Shown here: piece by piece, positions 10,455-21,031 of the stretch | Layout of the letters: each line of letters begins with the position of its first letter | Position numbering within the stretch: the first letter of the stretch is position 1 | Translations under genes and position numbers: made by a program | The notes under the pieces: model-generated | Told to the model about the DNA's origin: nothing | The model's database searches: none | The model's input: only the letters and a program-made list of their open reading frames with translations | From: Nannocystales bacterium | GTDB lineage: Bacteria; Myxococcota_A; Polyangia; Nannocystales; Nannocystaceae | DNA: 64,000 bases | Assembly: GCA_050633305.1 (NCBI GenBank) | Contig: JBOEGF010000006.1 | Span: 64,001 to 128,000 of the forward strand | Direction: 5' to 3'

Positions 10455-12209
10455 TCAAAGTGAGAGCCACAGTCTCTGCAAGTGCAGCTTCACGCGCGTG
10501 ACCCCGCGAAAGACATCCAGCTGCGGCACGAACACGACATCGACCCGGCTTCCGCGCGGCGGCTCCTGCTGCGCCATGCCAAACCCAATCGCATCTGCCC
10601 GGTCTTTGCCCTGCGCGAGCGTCAACGCGATGTGACGCTCCTTGAGCACCCGGATCCGCTGCGCCTCGCAGTCGCGGGCGATGAAGCGCGGGGGCGCAAA
10701 ACCGACGCCGAATGGCCCTGCGCTCCGGATGACGGCACACAGCTCCGGCTCGATTGCCGCCAGGGGCAGTTCGAGGTCCACGCACTCCTCGTCGGGCCGC
10801 GCAGGCACCTCCGCCCTTTGTGTCGCCACGGCAGCAGCGAACGCCTCGGTAAACTCTGCGATCCGCTCGGCCTTCACCGTCAGGCCGGCCGCTTCGCGGT
10901 GTCCGCCGAACCGTTCGAGCAGGGGCGCACACTCGGCCAGTGCCGCGCGAACGTCCACGCCATCACAGCTCCGAACGGAACCGCGTGCGAGCCCATCCTC
11001 GCCCATGCCGAGCACCGCAACCGGTCGATTGAAGCGTTCGACCAGACCGTTGGCCGCGATCCCGACCACCCCGGGTGCCCACCGTTCGTGGGCGACGACG
11101 ATGCCAGCCCGCGTCTCGTTCGCGCCTTCGGCCTGAATCAGCGCTGTCGCCTCGGCGCTGATCGATTCGGTCTGCCGCTTGCGCTGTGCGTTGAGCATCT
11201 CGACGCGGTCTGCGAGCGGTCCAGCCTCCGAATCGGTCCGGGCCCGCAACAATGCCAAGGACGGCTCGGCGGTTCCCAGCCGTCCGGGCGCGTTGATCCT
11301 GGGTCCGAGCTTGAAGCCCAAGTGCGCCTCGTCGAGCGCCTCAGTCGGCTCGACGCCGGCGCGTTCCAGCAGCGCCCCGAGGCCGGGGCGTCCACGCTGT
11401 TCGAGGTGCCGCAGCCCGGCTGAGACCAAGACTCGGTTCTCCTCGGTCAGCGGCATCATGTCGCAGACGGTCGCGAGCGCGACGAGGTCGAGGAGCGTGC
11501 GGGGATCGGGCAGCTTGGTCTCGCCGTCCTTGGCAAGCCGGGTTCTCAAGCCCGCGCACAGATAGAACGCCACCCCGGCGGAACACAGCCCCTTGAACGG
11601 AAATCCGCATCCGCTTTGGTGCGGGTTGATCAGCGCATCGGTCGGGGGCGCGACTTCGGGGACTTGGTGGTGATCGATCACCACGGAGCGGACATCATGC
11701 TCTCGCAGCCACGCGAGCGCCTCGATGTCGGAAGTTCCTGTGTCGCCGCACAACACAAGACGCGCGCCCGCTTGGTGCAGCGCCTCGGCGTCGGGCACTC
11801 CGAACCCATACCCGCGGTCACGATGCGCGACTCGGACGACGACCTCGACCCCGAGCGCTTCGAGGTATCCCGCGAGGATCGTCGCGGTCGTCACACCGTC
11901 GACGTCGTAGTCACCGAACACACCGACCCGCCAGCCCTCGCGCTTGGCCGCGACCAGGAGTTCAAGAGCTTCGGGGAAGCCCGCCATCTCCACCGGAGCT
12001 CGAAGCTGTCCGAGTGTGGGCGCGAGCATCCGTCGGACGTCGGCCTCGTCTTCCACCCCCCGAGCCCACAGCAACTCGACCGCCAAGGGGTGAACACCCA
12101 GCGCAGCCGCCCGCCGCTCGAGCGCTTCGGGTCGCCCCTCGCGTCTCAAGACGACCTTGGGAGCGGTGGGAGGCGCCGGCGCGGGAGTGGGAGGAGCGTC
12201 CGGGGGCAC
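10455..12209 (-). CDS. recJ: Single-stranded-DNA-specific exonuclease RecJ
   Basis: GDYDVDG, DHH, ATVCD, PRINAPGR, GVVGI.A, GSVRS, GGH.AAG motifs. Start (GTG 12209) approximate. Confidence 0.95.
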   Translation of the reverse strand: MPPDAPPTPAPAPPTAPKVVLRREGRPEALERRAAALGVHPLAVELLWARGVEDEADVRRMLAPTLGQLRAPVEMAGFPEALELLVAAKREGWRVGVFGDYDVDGVTTATILAGYLEALGVEVVVRVAHRDRGYGFGVPDAEALHQAGARLVLCGDTGTSDIEALAWLREHDVRSVVIDHHQVPEVAPPTDALINPHQSGCGFPFKGLCSAGVAFYLCAGLRTRLAKDGETKLPDPRTLLDLVALATVCDMMPLTEENRVLVSAGLRHLEQRGRPGLGALLERAGVEPTEALDEAHLGFKLGPRINAPGRLGTAEPSLALLRARTDSEAGPLADRVEMLNAQRKRQTESISAEATALIQAEGANETRAGIVVAHERWAPGVVGIAANGLVERFNRPVAVLGMGEDGLARGSVRSCDGVDVRAALAECAPLLERFGGHREAAGLTVKAERIAEFTEAFAAAVATQRAEVPARPDEECVDLELPLAAIEPELCAVIRSAGPFGVGFAPPRFIARDCEAQRIRVLKERHIALTLAQGKDRADAIGFGMAQQEPPRGSRVDVVFVPQLDVFRGVTRVKLHLQRLWLSL

Positions 12210-12276
12210 GCCGCATCCTACTCGGGCGGCCGCAGGGGAACACACGCAACGCGCGTGAGGACAGCCCCTCGCGTCC

Positions 12277-12317
12277 AAAACGAAAACAGGGAGACCTCCG
12301 ACTCGGAGATCTCCCTG
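12277..12317 (-). terminator. Rho-independent terminator after secF
   Basis: Minus strand CAGGGAGATCTCCG-AGT-CGGAGGTCTCCCTG followed by TTTTCGTTTT. Confidence 0.8.
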
Positions 12318-12337
12318 CTGTGAGGCGCGGTGGCGAC

Positions 12338-13723
12338 CTACTCCTCGCTGGATGGACGCGGGCGTCGGCGTCGGCGTCGCGTCTTCTTGCGCGAGCCTGC
12401 TCCGTCTTCCGCGCCCGCCGCTTCGGTGGCATCCACGACGTCGGGACGCTCCGAGGTTCCGCCCTCGCCGCCCTCGGCCCCCGACAGCAAGGTGCCCGTG
12501 CCTTCTTCGTCGATGCCGGCCAAGTGCCCGCGGCCGCCGTAGAAGCGCTTGTTGACCCACAAGAACACCGGGGTCGCGATGTACAGCGACGAGAACGTTC
12601 CGACCAGAACGCCGATGATGAGCGCGAAGGCGAAGTCCTTGATGGGTCCAGCGCCCATGAAGAACGTTGCAAGCACGACCAGCAACGTGGTGCCCGAGGT
12701 CAGAATCGTCCGCGACAAGGTGTCGTTGAGCGCGTCATTGGTCACCTTGTCGATCGGCTCGTCACGGTGCAGCGCGACCCGCTCCCGGACCCGGTCGAAC
12801 ACCACGATGGTGTCGTTGATCGAGTAACCGATGACGGTGAGAATCGCCGCGATGGTCTGGAGGTTGAACTCCTTGCCCGTGATGGCGAACGCCCCGATCA
12901 CGAGGATGGCGTCGTGGGTCAGCGCGACGATGCCCCCCGGTGCGAACCGAAGGTCGAAGCGAATCATGACGAACAGGAAGATGAAGCCGATGGCGTAGAG
13001 CATCGACTTGGCGCCATCTTCTTTCAGCTGGCCGCCGACCTTGGCGCCCACCGTCTCCGAGCGCACGATTTCGGCCACCGCTCCGGTGCCAAACTTCTCG
13101 TCGAACTCTTTTCGAATCTTCGAACCCACGCCGATGAGCGCGAACTCGGCCGGGCTCTCGCCCTCCTTCGCGCCGAAGCCCTTGTCCGCGGTGCCCTGGC
13201 AGCCCGCATCGTTGACCTTGTTCTCCAGGTCTTTGTAGTTGGGCTCGGCGTCGTATCCGAAGAACAGCTTCGAGCCCCCCGGGGGGTGGTTGAAGCTGAG
13301 CAGTTCGGTGTCCCCGGTGCCATCGACACGAAGCACGGTCTGCACGGCAGCCTTGCAGGCCTCGACCTTGGCTTCATCGATCGACAGGGTCTCCTTGACC
13401 CGGACGAGGACCTCATGCTCCGAGTCGGGCACGGTGACGACCGAGCTGCTCTCGTAGCCCCCCTCTTCGAGGGCGTCTCGAATGGCGTCCACGCCGGGGT
13501 CCTTGTCGGCCTCGAAGCGCAGGCGAACCTGGGAGCCCCCGGCAAAGTCGATCCCGAAGTTGAGAATCGAGCCCTTGGAGGCCTGGTTGTAGGCCATGGC
13601 TGCGAAGGACGCGAGCACCAGCACGATGGAGATCGTGATGTAGCGCCAACGGTTCGCGATGAACGCGATCTCGGTCCCCGAGGGGATGAGTTCAAAGAAC
13701 TTCTGTTTCTTGGAGTCGGACAT
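12338..13723 (-). CDS. secF: Protein translocase subunit SecF
   Basis: GIDFAGG, ETVGAKVGGQL, HD, GYSINDTIVVFDRVRE, TLSRTILTSGTT. Confidence 0.97.
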   Translation of the reverse strand: MSDSKKQKFFELIPSGTEIAFIANRWRYITISIVLVLASFAAMAYNQASKGSILNFGIDFAGGSQVRLRFEADKDPGVDAIRDALEEGGYESSSVVTVPDSEHEVLVRVKETLSIDEAKVEACKAAVQTVLRVDGTGDTELLSFNHPPGGSKLFFGYDAEPNYKDLENKVNDAGCQGTADKGFGAKEGESPAEFALIGVGSKIRKEFDEKFGTGAVAEIVRSETVGAKVGGQLKEDGAKSMLYAIGFIFLFVMIRFDLRFAPGGIVALTHDAILVIGAFAITGKEFNLQTIAAILTVIGYSINDTIVVFDRVRERVALHRDEPIDKVTNDALNDTLSRTILTSGTTLLVVLATFFMGAGPIKDFAFALIIGVLVGTFSSLYIATPVFLWVNKRFYGGRGHLAGIDEEGTGTLLSGAEGGEGGTSERPDVVDATEAAGAEDGAGSRKKTRRRRRRPRPSSEE

Positions 13724-13741
13724 CGTCTGATTCCCCTCCCC

Positions 13742-15892
13742 TTAGATGGACACCCGGTCGAAACCGCGGCGGTTCGACTGGAAGTCGAAGAACAGGCGGC
13801 TGCACCAGACACCCGTGAAGATGGACGTTGCGATTCCGATCATCAGCGTCACTGCGAAGCCCTGAATCGGACCCGAGCCGTACTGGTACAGCACCAAGCC
13901 AGCGATGGCCGTGGTGAGCTGTGCGTCGAGAATCGTCGTGAACGCGCGGTCGTAGCCGGACTCGATCGCCGCGCGAGCGGTAAAGCCTTCGCGGACGTAC
14001 TCCCGAATCCTCTCGAACACGATGACGTTGGCATCGACCGCCATGCCGATGGTCAGCACCACCCCGGCGATCCCAGGCAAGGTCAGCGTGGCGCCGAAGA
14101 ACGCCATCGCGGCCAGGATGAGCACCATGTTGAGCACCAAGGCGAACACCGCGATGAGTCCTGAGCCTCGGTAGTAGAACAACATGAAGATGATGACGGC
14201 GACGAGGCCGACGACGAAGGCGAGGAAGCCTTGCTCGACGGACTCCTTGCCGAGGTCAGCACCGACGCGGATCTCGAACTCTTTTTGCAGGCGGGCCGGC
14301 AGCGAGCCGGACTTGAGCACCTTGACCAGGTCGTTGGCCTCTTCGCGGACCGTCTTGCCGGGGCTTGCCCCCAAGGTGATGACGAAGTTGCCGCTGAGGC
14401 GGTCGTTGAAGATCGGGTCGGAGCGGACCTCATCATCGAGGACGATGGCCATTTTGCGACCGATGTTGTTGCCCGAGAGGTCCTCCATCTGGTTGGCGCC
14501 CTGTCGGTTGAGCTGGACGGCGACCTGCGGCTGACCCGTCTGAGGGTCGGGCTGCACGCTTGCGTTGTTGATCTTGTCGCCCGTGACGCCAGCCCGCGTG
14601 TGCAGGATGTAGGTCCGGTACAGGATCTCGGCTTCCTCACCTCTGCGAGTCACGATCGGTGTGGGGCCGAAGTAGACCGTGCGATCGGGCGGCAGGCGCC
14701 ACTGCGGCGGCAGCCCGGCGAAGAAGTTTTGTAGCGTCTTCTTGTCCTTCGCGAAGAAGGCGTAGGGCTCTTTGACCGTCACGCCGTTGTCGCGACCGTA
14801 GTCGCGCTCGACGTTCACGGAGATGCCCATCCCCTCGGTGACGTAGTGGGCATCGAACAGCGCCTTGAGATAGGGCTTGCCCGTCTCGCGGAAGGGTCGC
14901 TCGTCGTCGACGAGGTGCATGGTGAGCACCGCTTGTCGCTCGATGATCTTCAGGAGGCGACGGAAGTCACTGCTGTCTTCGAGCACCGACTCTTGTGCGG
15001 CCTCGGTCAGCGTCAGCACGTCGCTGGCGACGTCTGCCTGCACCGCGGGGTCGTCTTCGAGAATCTGAAGCTCGAACGGAAGGCGGTCGTCGACGATGAC
15101 CAACGCCTCGGTCATTTTGTCGGCAAACGCAGCGTTGAGCGCGTCTCGGGAGTTGCTGTCGGGCAGTGTGATCTTGAAGGCCCACGGGTTGCCTCGGACT
15201 TCACTGACCATCACCTGCTGCGCGCCCCCGGCGGCCAACACCTCACGAATGCGGTCGCTGGCTTGCGAGGAGGCGGCGAGCGCCTCGGTGCTGGTGTCCG
15301 ACAGACCCGGAAGCTCGACGACGATTTGGCGGTTTTTCGGGTAGATGTTCGGCTCAGCGACGCCCATCGCGTCGACTCGCTTGCGCACGGTCTCGAGTGC
15401 CGTACCGACGGTCTGCGCTCGGGTCTCGGTGAGCACAGCCTCGGGCATTTTCAGCGTGATGACGCCGTCGGCCTCACTCGGGACGCCGTCGTCGGGCGCA
15501 TCGGCGCGCTCGAGCAGGCCGTACACCGGACCCATGACATCGTCGGTCGCCAACGCGACCTGGCCGGGCTCGTCGAACCGAATGAGCAACGTGTCGGTGC
15601 CGACTCGCTCGACCTTGGGGCGAATGTCCTTCTTCTCGGCGAAAGACGCCTCGAGTTCGGCCGCGATGCCATCGAGCTTGTTCTCGAGCGCCTCATCAAC
15701 GCCTACGGAGTACTCGAGGTGGAGGCCGCCCTGGAGGTCCAGGCCGAGCTTGAAGGTGCGGGTGAACGTGGAGGTGATCCACGAGGGCAACCGCTCCTGC
15801 GCGTTGGGAACGACCGACGGCAGCACCGCCAGCGTCGCAGCGACGACCAGCAGCAGCAGGCCGAGGGCCTTGAGCTTCAGAAACCTACGCAT
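13742..15892 (-). CDS. secD: Protein translocase subunit SecD
   Basis: LGLDLQGG, RVDAMGVAEP, AIVLD, LKSGSLP, GMAVDANVIVFERIRE. Confidence 0.97.
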   Translation of the reverse strand: MRRFLKLKALGLLLLVVAATLAVLPSVVPNAQERLPSWITSTFTRTFKLGLDLQGGLHLEYSVGVDEALENKLDGIAAELEASFAEKKDIRPKVERVGTDTLLIRFDEPGQVALATDDVMGPVYGLLERADAPDDGVPSEADGVITLKMPEAVLTETRAQTVGTALETVRKRVDAMGVAEPNIYPKNRQIVVELPGLSDTSTEALAASSQASDRIREVLAAGGAQQVMVSEVRGNPWAFKITLPDSNSRDALNAAFADKMTEALVIVDDRLPFELQILEDDPAVQADVASDVLTLTEAAQESVLEDSSDFRRLLKIIERQAVLTMHLVDDERPFRETGKPYLKALFDAHYVTEGMGISVNVERDYGRDNGVTVKEPYAFFAKDKKTLQNFFAGLPPQWRLPPDRTVYFGPTPIVTRRGEEAEILYRTYILHTRAGVTGDKINNASVQPDPQTGQPQVAVQLNRQGANQMEDLSGNNIGRKMAIVLDDEVRSDPIFNDRLSGNFVITLGASPGKTVREEANDLVKVLKSGSLPARLQKEFEIRVGADLGKESVEQGFLAFVVGLVAVIIFMLFYYRGSGLIAVFALVLNMVLILAAMAFFGATLTLPGIAGVVLTIGMAVDANVIVFERIREYVREGFTARAAIESGYDRAFTTILDAQLTTAIAGLVLYQYGSGPIQGFAVTLMIGIATSIFTGVWCSRLFFDFQSNRRGFDRVSI

Positions 15893-15922
15893 GGGAAATA
15901 TCCTTGCTTGGCGAAACCCGGC

Positions 15923-16348
15923 CTAGCTGGCCGACTTTGCGTCCTTGCTATCGCCTTTGTCCTTGTCCTTACCCTTGCTCTCTTTGGCGTCCTTGGCGTC
16001 TTTTTCCATGACGGCCGAGTGGGTATCGGAGATGTCTTTCTTGAGGACCCGGATCTTGACGCGATCCGCGACCTCGACCATCGCGATGGTGTCGTCGATG
16101 CTCGAGATCCGGCCCAGAATGCCGCCGCTCAGGACCACTTGATCGCCCTTTTTCAGGGTCTCGACCCGCGACTTGCGGTCCTTCTCCTGCTTGCTCATGG
16201 GCCGCAGGACCATGAAGTAGATGATGCCGAACATGATCACCATCATGAACATCGGGTTCCCCAGGAAGCTGGGCGGGCCGCCTTCAGCGAGCAGCGCGGG
16301 CATGGTGCCGTCGAGCCCAGCAGCGAGGTTGATGATGGAAGTGGTCAT
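15923..16348 (-). CDS. yajC: Preprotein translocase subunit YajC
   Basis: IIYFMVLRP, LKKGDQVVLSGGILG; directly upstream of secD. Confidence 0.95.
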   Translation of the reverse strand: MTTSIINLAAGLDGTMPALLAEGGPPSFLGNPMFMMVIMFGIIYFMVLRPMSKQEKDRKSRVETLKKGDQVVLSGGILGRISSIDDTIAMVEVADRVKIRVLKKDISDTHSAVMEKDAKDAKESKGKDKDKGDSKDAKSAS

Positions 16349-16413
16349 GGCGTGTCCCGGAGACTAAGCGAGCGTGCCCGCCCATCTGACGGGCGCCGGC
16401 GCGCAGCCGCCGG

Positions 16414-16443
16414 GAAGTAGCAGAGGGGCGTTTGCGCGGTCAA
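16414..16443 (-). promoter_or_regulatory. Putative sigma70 promoter for yajC-secDF
   Basis: Minus strand TTGACC-N18-TACTTC with TG extension, about 65 nt before yajC. Confidence 0.4.
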
Positions 16444-16559
16444 GGCGTGAAACGCCGCCCGGATCTCGCCAAGCTTTTGAGATCACTTCTCTTTCGAGAA
16501 CGCGCAGTCGTTTTCGCACGGGCCGGGACCGAATTGCGCCGCCCGGCGGTTTGCCCCGG

Positions 16560-16960
16560 CCCGCGCAGCCGTTCCACGGACCCCAGAGCAGCGGTACAGG
16601 ACGAGCCTCGACCGCGAGATCGACGCAGGCCTCGGATTCCTCGGTCTCCCACGAGCCGCCGAGGCCGGTGAAGTCGGATCAGTCGAGGTCCAAGCGCCAG
16701 GCCGAGACCCGCAGGAGGCAGTGGTAGGCATGGCCCATCGGAGGACGTCGACAAGACTACAACAGCCTTTCGAGCTCGTGGCGACGCGACAACCCCGCGC
16801 ACGCAGCCCCTGCCCGGCGGCAGGCACGGAGCCGCAATCCCCTCGGGCATCTCCAACGGCGTCCGCGCTGCGCGAACGTCGCAGCGAAACCCGGACCGGA
16901 TAGATCTCGGGGACCTCGTCGCCCCACTCCCTCCGTTTCGCGTGGTGCGACAGCGGTCCC
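16560..16960 (-). pseudogene. Possible decayed gene remnant between tgt and yajC
   Basis: Short high-GC3 minus-strand stretches in different frames (EWGDEVPEIYPVRV; HAYHCLLRVSAWRLDLD*SDFTGLGGSWETEESEACVDLAVEA) with an in-frame TGA at 16679-16681. No family recognised. Confidence 0.3.
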
Positions 16961-17092
16961 CCGGTTCGTTGGCCCGCGTCGACTCGCCCCGGTCGACCGC
17001 GCCGGCCTGCACCCGGCGGCCGAGCGACTCCGCGGCGGGCCGCCAGGGTGGACGTTCGAAGCAGACGTGGCGGCAGCGTGCGTGCGGACGAG

Positions 17093-18307
17093 TCAGCCAG
17101 ACTCGACCGGTCCGTAGGCGTCGAGCATCGGTTGCAGCGAGGCCACGGCGGCCTCGAAGGTCCCCGAGCGGAGGGCCTCACGAAGCAACGCGATCAACTG
17201 CGCGTAGAAAAACAGGTTGTGAATCGTCGACAGCCGGCCGTACAGCGGGTCGTGCATGCGGTGCAGGTGTCGCAAGTACGCCCGGCTTGTGGTCCTGCAG
17301 CACTCGCACGCACAGCGCTCGTCCACCGGCCGAAGGTCGTCCTTGTGTTCCGCCCGGCGGATGTTCATGCGCCCCTGCCACGTGAACAACTGACCGTTGC
17401 GGGCGTGGCGGGTGGGCATGACGCAGTCGAACATGTCGACACCGCTGCGCACCGCGGCAACCAGGTCCGGCGGCGTGCCAATGCCCATGACGTACCGCGG
17501 CTTGTCGGTCGGCATTAGGGGCGCGACCGCAGCCATCGTCGCATGCATCGCAGGGGTCGGCTCCCCGACGGAGAGACCCCCGAGCGCGAGACCCGAGAAG
17601 CCAAGCTCGGAGATCTGGGCCAAGTGTTCCTCGCGGAGTTCGAGGTCGGTCCCCCCCTGCACGATGCCAAAGCACATCTGCGAAGGGGCCAGGATCTGGT
17701 CTCGTAGCTCGGCCGCCTCGCGGGCCCAGCGGGTGGTCCGATCCATCGCCGCACGCATCGCGCGTCGGTCCGCGTCACCGGGCGGACAATGGTCGAGGAT
17801 CATGCAGATGTCCGAGCCCAGCTTGGCCTCCACCTCGAGCACGCTGCGTGGCGTCATCCGGTGTTTCGAGCCATCGAAGTGGGTTCGGTAGTCGACACCC
17901 GTGTCATCGATCTTCTGCAGACCCCGGAGGCTGAAGACCTGATAGCCCCCGCTGTCGGTCAGGATGCCGTGGTCCCACCCCATGAACCCGTGCAAGCCCC
18001 CGTGGGCATCGACCAGGTCCGGCCCGGGCCGATGCGAGAGGTGGTAGGCGTTGCCAAGCACGATCTGCGCGCCCGAGTCCTTGAGGTCGCGGGGGGTCAA
18101 CCCCTTGACCGCCCCGTAGGTCCCGACGGGCATGAACACCGGGGTCTGCACGGGTCCGTGCGCGGTGAACAGCACTCCGCTGCGCGCATCCCCGCTGCGT
18201 GCAACCTCGAAGAACGAGCCGACCGGAGCGTCCTCGACCGGACTCGGAGCATCGAGCACCTCTCGAGGATGGGGAAGCGTGTCGTGGTTAACGTGCGTAT
18301 CGGTCAT
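17093..18307 (-). CDS. tgt: Queuine tRNA-ribosyltransferase
   Basis: TPVFMPVGT, LTDSGGYQVFSL, FGIVQGG, DMFDCVMPTR, C.C.CC zinc site, HN. Start ATG 18307 overlaps the queA stop. Confidence 0.97.
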   Translation of the reverse strand: MTDTHVNHDTLPHPREVLDAPSPVEDAPVGSFFEVARSGDARSGVLFTAHGPVQTPVFMPVGTYGAVKGLTPRDLKDSGAQIVLGNAYHLSHRPGPDLVDAHGGLHGFMGWDHGILTDSGGYQVFSLRGLQKIDDTGVDYRTHFDGSKHRMTPRSVLEVEAKLGSDICMILDHCPPGDADRRAMRAAMDRTTRWAREAAELRDQILAPSQMCFGIVQGGTDLELREEHLAQISELGFSGLALGGLSVGEPTPAMHATMAAVAPLMPTDKPRYVMGIGTPPDLVAAVRSGVDMFDCVMPTRHARNGQLFTWQGRMNIRRAEHKDDLRPVDERCACECCRTTSRAYLRHLHRMHDPLYGRLSTIHNLFFYAQLIALLREALRSGTFEAAVASLQPMLDAYGPVESG

Positions 18308-19347
18308 GAACCTGCCTGCGAGGGACACACGAGCATGCAGTCCCCATAGCTGTAAAATCGGTAGCCCTCCCGAACGGCCTCTTCATAGGCGGCCAACACC
18401 CGCTCGCGGCCCCCGAGGCTGCACACGAGCATCAAGAGGCTGCTGCGCGGGAGGTGGAAGTTGGTCAACAAGTGGGTGACCACCTGAAACTCGTGGCCGG
18501 GCGTGATCATCAGGTCGGTCTGCGACTCGCCGGCAACAATCGGACGCCCCCCTTGGCCGAGGGCTTCCAGCGTTCGTGTCGCCGTCGTGCCCACCGCGAC
18601 GATCGGGCGCCCGGCCTCACGTGCAGCTTGGATGCGTGCGGCGTTGTGGGCATCGATCGCGTACCGCTCCGCACCCACCCGGTGGTCTCGAACATCTGGG
18701 GCTTCCATGGGCAGGAAGGTTCCCGGACCCACGTGCAGGGTGACGTGCGCAGGGTCGAGAGCGGCGACCATGGCTTCGTCCAGATGCAACCCAGCCGTCG
18801 GCGCCGCGACCGAGCCCTCGGCGGACGCAAACACCGTCTGGTAGCGGTCTCGGTCCTCGGGGGACGGGCCTTCGGGCCGCTCGATGTACGGAGGAAGCGG
18901 AACCTCTCCGGCGGCTTTGCAGGCCGCGAGCACCTCGCCGTGCACCACGTTGAACACCCGGGCGCGCGGGTCGAGGGTGTCGGGACCGACGTACTCCAAC
19001 CGCAACGCGTCCTCGCCCACCACCAACACCTCGCCGGGCTTGAGTTTTTTTGCACGGCGCACCCACGCTTTGACGGCGGCCCCCTCCCCTTGCCCGGGAC
19101 CGGGGGCGGACAACAGCAGCTCGAAGCTCCGACCGTCCGACCGAACGCCGTGCATCCGGGCGGGGACCACCTTCGAGGTGTTGACCACCATCAGGGCATC
19201 GGCGGGAAGCTGCGCGGGCAGGTCGCGGACGTGGAGGTGCCGGGGTGGATCCCCAAGAACCAGCATCCGGGATGCGGTGCGCTGCGGCGCGGGAGCGTGG
19301 GCGATCTGCTCGGTCGGCAGCGCAAAGTCGAAGGCCTCGGGACCCAT
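18304..19347 (-). CDS. queA: S-adenosylmethionine:tRNA ribosyltransferase-isomerase
   Basis: FDFALP..IA, PLPPYI.R, YQTVFA..GSVAAPTAGLH, TLHVGPGTF, TNFHLPRSSL, YRFYSYGD. Confidence 0.97.
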   Translation of the reverse strand: MGPEAFDFALPTEQIAHAPAPQRTASRMLVLGDPPRHLHVRDLPAQLPADALMVVNTSKVVPARMHGVRSDGRSFELLLSAPGPGQGEGAAVKAWVRRAKKLKPGEVLVVGEDALRLEYVGPDTLDPRARVFNVVHGEVLAACKAAGEVPLPPYIERPEGPSPEDRDRYQTVFASAEGSVAAPTAGLHLDEAMVAALDPAHVTLHVGPGTFLPMEAPDVRDHRVGAERYAIDAHNAARIQAAREAGRPIVAVGTTATRTLEALGQGGRPIVAGESQTDLMITPGHEFQVVTHLLTNFHLPRSSLLMLVCSLGGRERVLAAYEEAVREGYRFYSYGDCMLVCPSQAGS

Positions 19348-19439
19348 GGCCGGGCGACTGTGGACCCGCGGTGGGCGCAACACAAGCCTGGTCACGAAGA
19401 TCCGCGGCCTTGCGCCCCGGGCTTGTTATCGTCTCCGCG

Positions 19440-20978
19440 ATGAACTGCTGGGCGCTCTGGGCATTGCTGAACGTCGCCGCTCCGACCGAATCGGCGGCGC
19501 TTGCCGAACCGACGTACGCACAAACGCAAGCGCAGGCTGACGTCGAGACGATCGTCTCGGACAGCTCGAAGGCCTACCTCCAGGCCCGCGCCCGCCTGGA
19601 GTCGAACCCCGAAGTGGCCGCCCCTGCCTTGAGGGCCCGCATCGACGCGGTCCCCGCCCCCGGCCCCTCCGAGCAGCGCAGGCTCCTTGGAGTCCTCGCC
19701 GAGCTGCACCGCCCTGAGGACCTTCCGCGGTTCGCAAAGGCCCTGCGACGCGCGGTGGTCAACGCGGATCCTGGGGCGGCCCTACTGGAGGTCGCGCATC
19801 CGTGGCGCGTGTTGTTGCTCGAGCAAGGCCCGCGCGCGACGGCGCACCTTCAAGAACTCGTCGGAGACGATGCGCTTCCGCCCGAGCTGCGCGCTGCCCT
19901 GCTGACCGATTGGGTCGGCTTGCAACCGGCGGACCGGGCGGGAGAGATGGTGGTCTTGGTGGGGCGCGGCCAGGCTGAGTTGGAACGCGAGCTCCGACGA
20001 ACCTTGGCCGACCGCGCCAAGCGGGACCCCGCCGCCGCCCAGTCCGTCATCACCGCGACCGATGCCGCCCTGGATGCCGCCCTCGGCAACCCCCCGAACG
20101 ACCAAGAAGCCGCGCGTCTGCCCGCGCTCCTCCGGTTCCGCGCGCGGGTCGGGAAGGATGACGGGGCGCTCGTCCGCAGATTGAGCGACGTCGCCACCAA
20201 CCCTGAAGCTCGGTTCGGTGCCCGCGTGGCCGCAGTCCGCGGCCTGGGGGCGCTTGATGCAGATCAAACGACGGCGCCGCTTCGCGCGTTGGCGCAAGCG
20301 CAGCTACACGCCGCCACAACGGGCTCCCAGCAAGGCGAGATTCTCGGTTGGCTGTCGGTGCAGGGGTTGCCCAAAGCAGATGCCGGAGCGCTGTCGACCA
20401 GCTTCGCCCTCCGCGATTCCGACGCGCCAAGGCTCGCGAGCCTTGGATACGAACACGCTCCCCTCGACCAGGCGCATGTCTGGCTGCCGACGGCGCTGCA
20501 GAACCCCTGGCCGCAAGTTCGACAAGCGGCGCTCGAGCGGGTTTCGGCGCCATGTGCAGACAGCACCATCGAGCTTCTTTCCGGTCGGGGTCGTGCCACG
20601 GGCGATGGTGGGGACACGGATCGCGCGACGGCCCGAGCGGCCATCTCCGGGCTCGGTCGGTGTGCGTCCGCCCCCGCGAAGAAGGCGCTTCGCTCGATCT
20701 TGGTCAACGCCGATGGGGACATCGAACTCCGCGCGGAAGCGGCACGCCAGCTGGCCCGACTCGGCGAGACCAAACCGGTCGTCAATCTGCTCCGCAGCCG
20801 CCCCGAAGCCGCCCTCGCGCGACGCCTCGCGGCAGCCTTGCGCCATGCGCCAGCCAGTGATCCCAAGATGGATGAGACGCTGTGCGCCTACGTTGAGCTC
20901 ACGGGGCCGGTGGCACGCGCAGCCGCGGACACCCTACGAACGCACCACCGCGGGGACGCGAACCCCTGCGCGGACTAA
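19440..20978 (+). CDS. Secreted HEAT-repeat protein
   Basis: Signal-like N-terminus; repeated helical units (ARVAAVRGLG, VRQAALE, ARAAISGLG, LRAEAARQLA). Confidence 0.75.
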   Translation: MNCWALWALLNVAAPTESAALAEPTYAQTQAQADVETIVSDSSKAYLQARARLESNPEVAAPALRARIDAVPAPGPSEQRRLLGVLAELHRPEDLPRFAKALRRAVVNADPGAALLEVAHPWRVLLLEQGPRATAHLQELVGDDALPPELRAALLTDWVGLQPADRAGEMVVLVGRGQAELERELRRTLADRAKRDPAAAQSVITATDAALDAALGNPPNDQEAARLPALLRFRARVGKDDGALVRRLSDVATNPEARFGARVAAVRGLGALDADQTTAPLRALAQAQLHAATTGSQQGEILGWLSVQGLPKADAGALSTSFALRDSDAPRLASLGYEHAPLDQAHVWLPTALQNPWPQVRQAALERVSAPCADSTIELLSGRGRATGDGGDTDRATARAAISGLGRCASAPAKKALRSILVNADGDIELRAEAARQLARLGETKPVVNLLRSRPEAALARRLAAALRHAPASDPKMDETLCAYVELTGPVARAAADTLRTHHRGDANPCAD

Positions 20979-21031
20979 CACGGCTTGATCGGGCCGCAGC
21001 GTCTTGACCAAGGTTGGTCGCGAGCTTTGGG

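Noticed and set aside
16679..16681. Selenocysteine TGA readthrough
   Set aside because: No redox-motif context, no recognisable SECIS and no recognisable protein family; a nonsense mutation or chance is more likely.
16721..16903. 60-aa plus-strand ORF with AGGAGG upstream
   Set aside because: Weak codon bias and no recognisable protein features.
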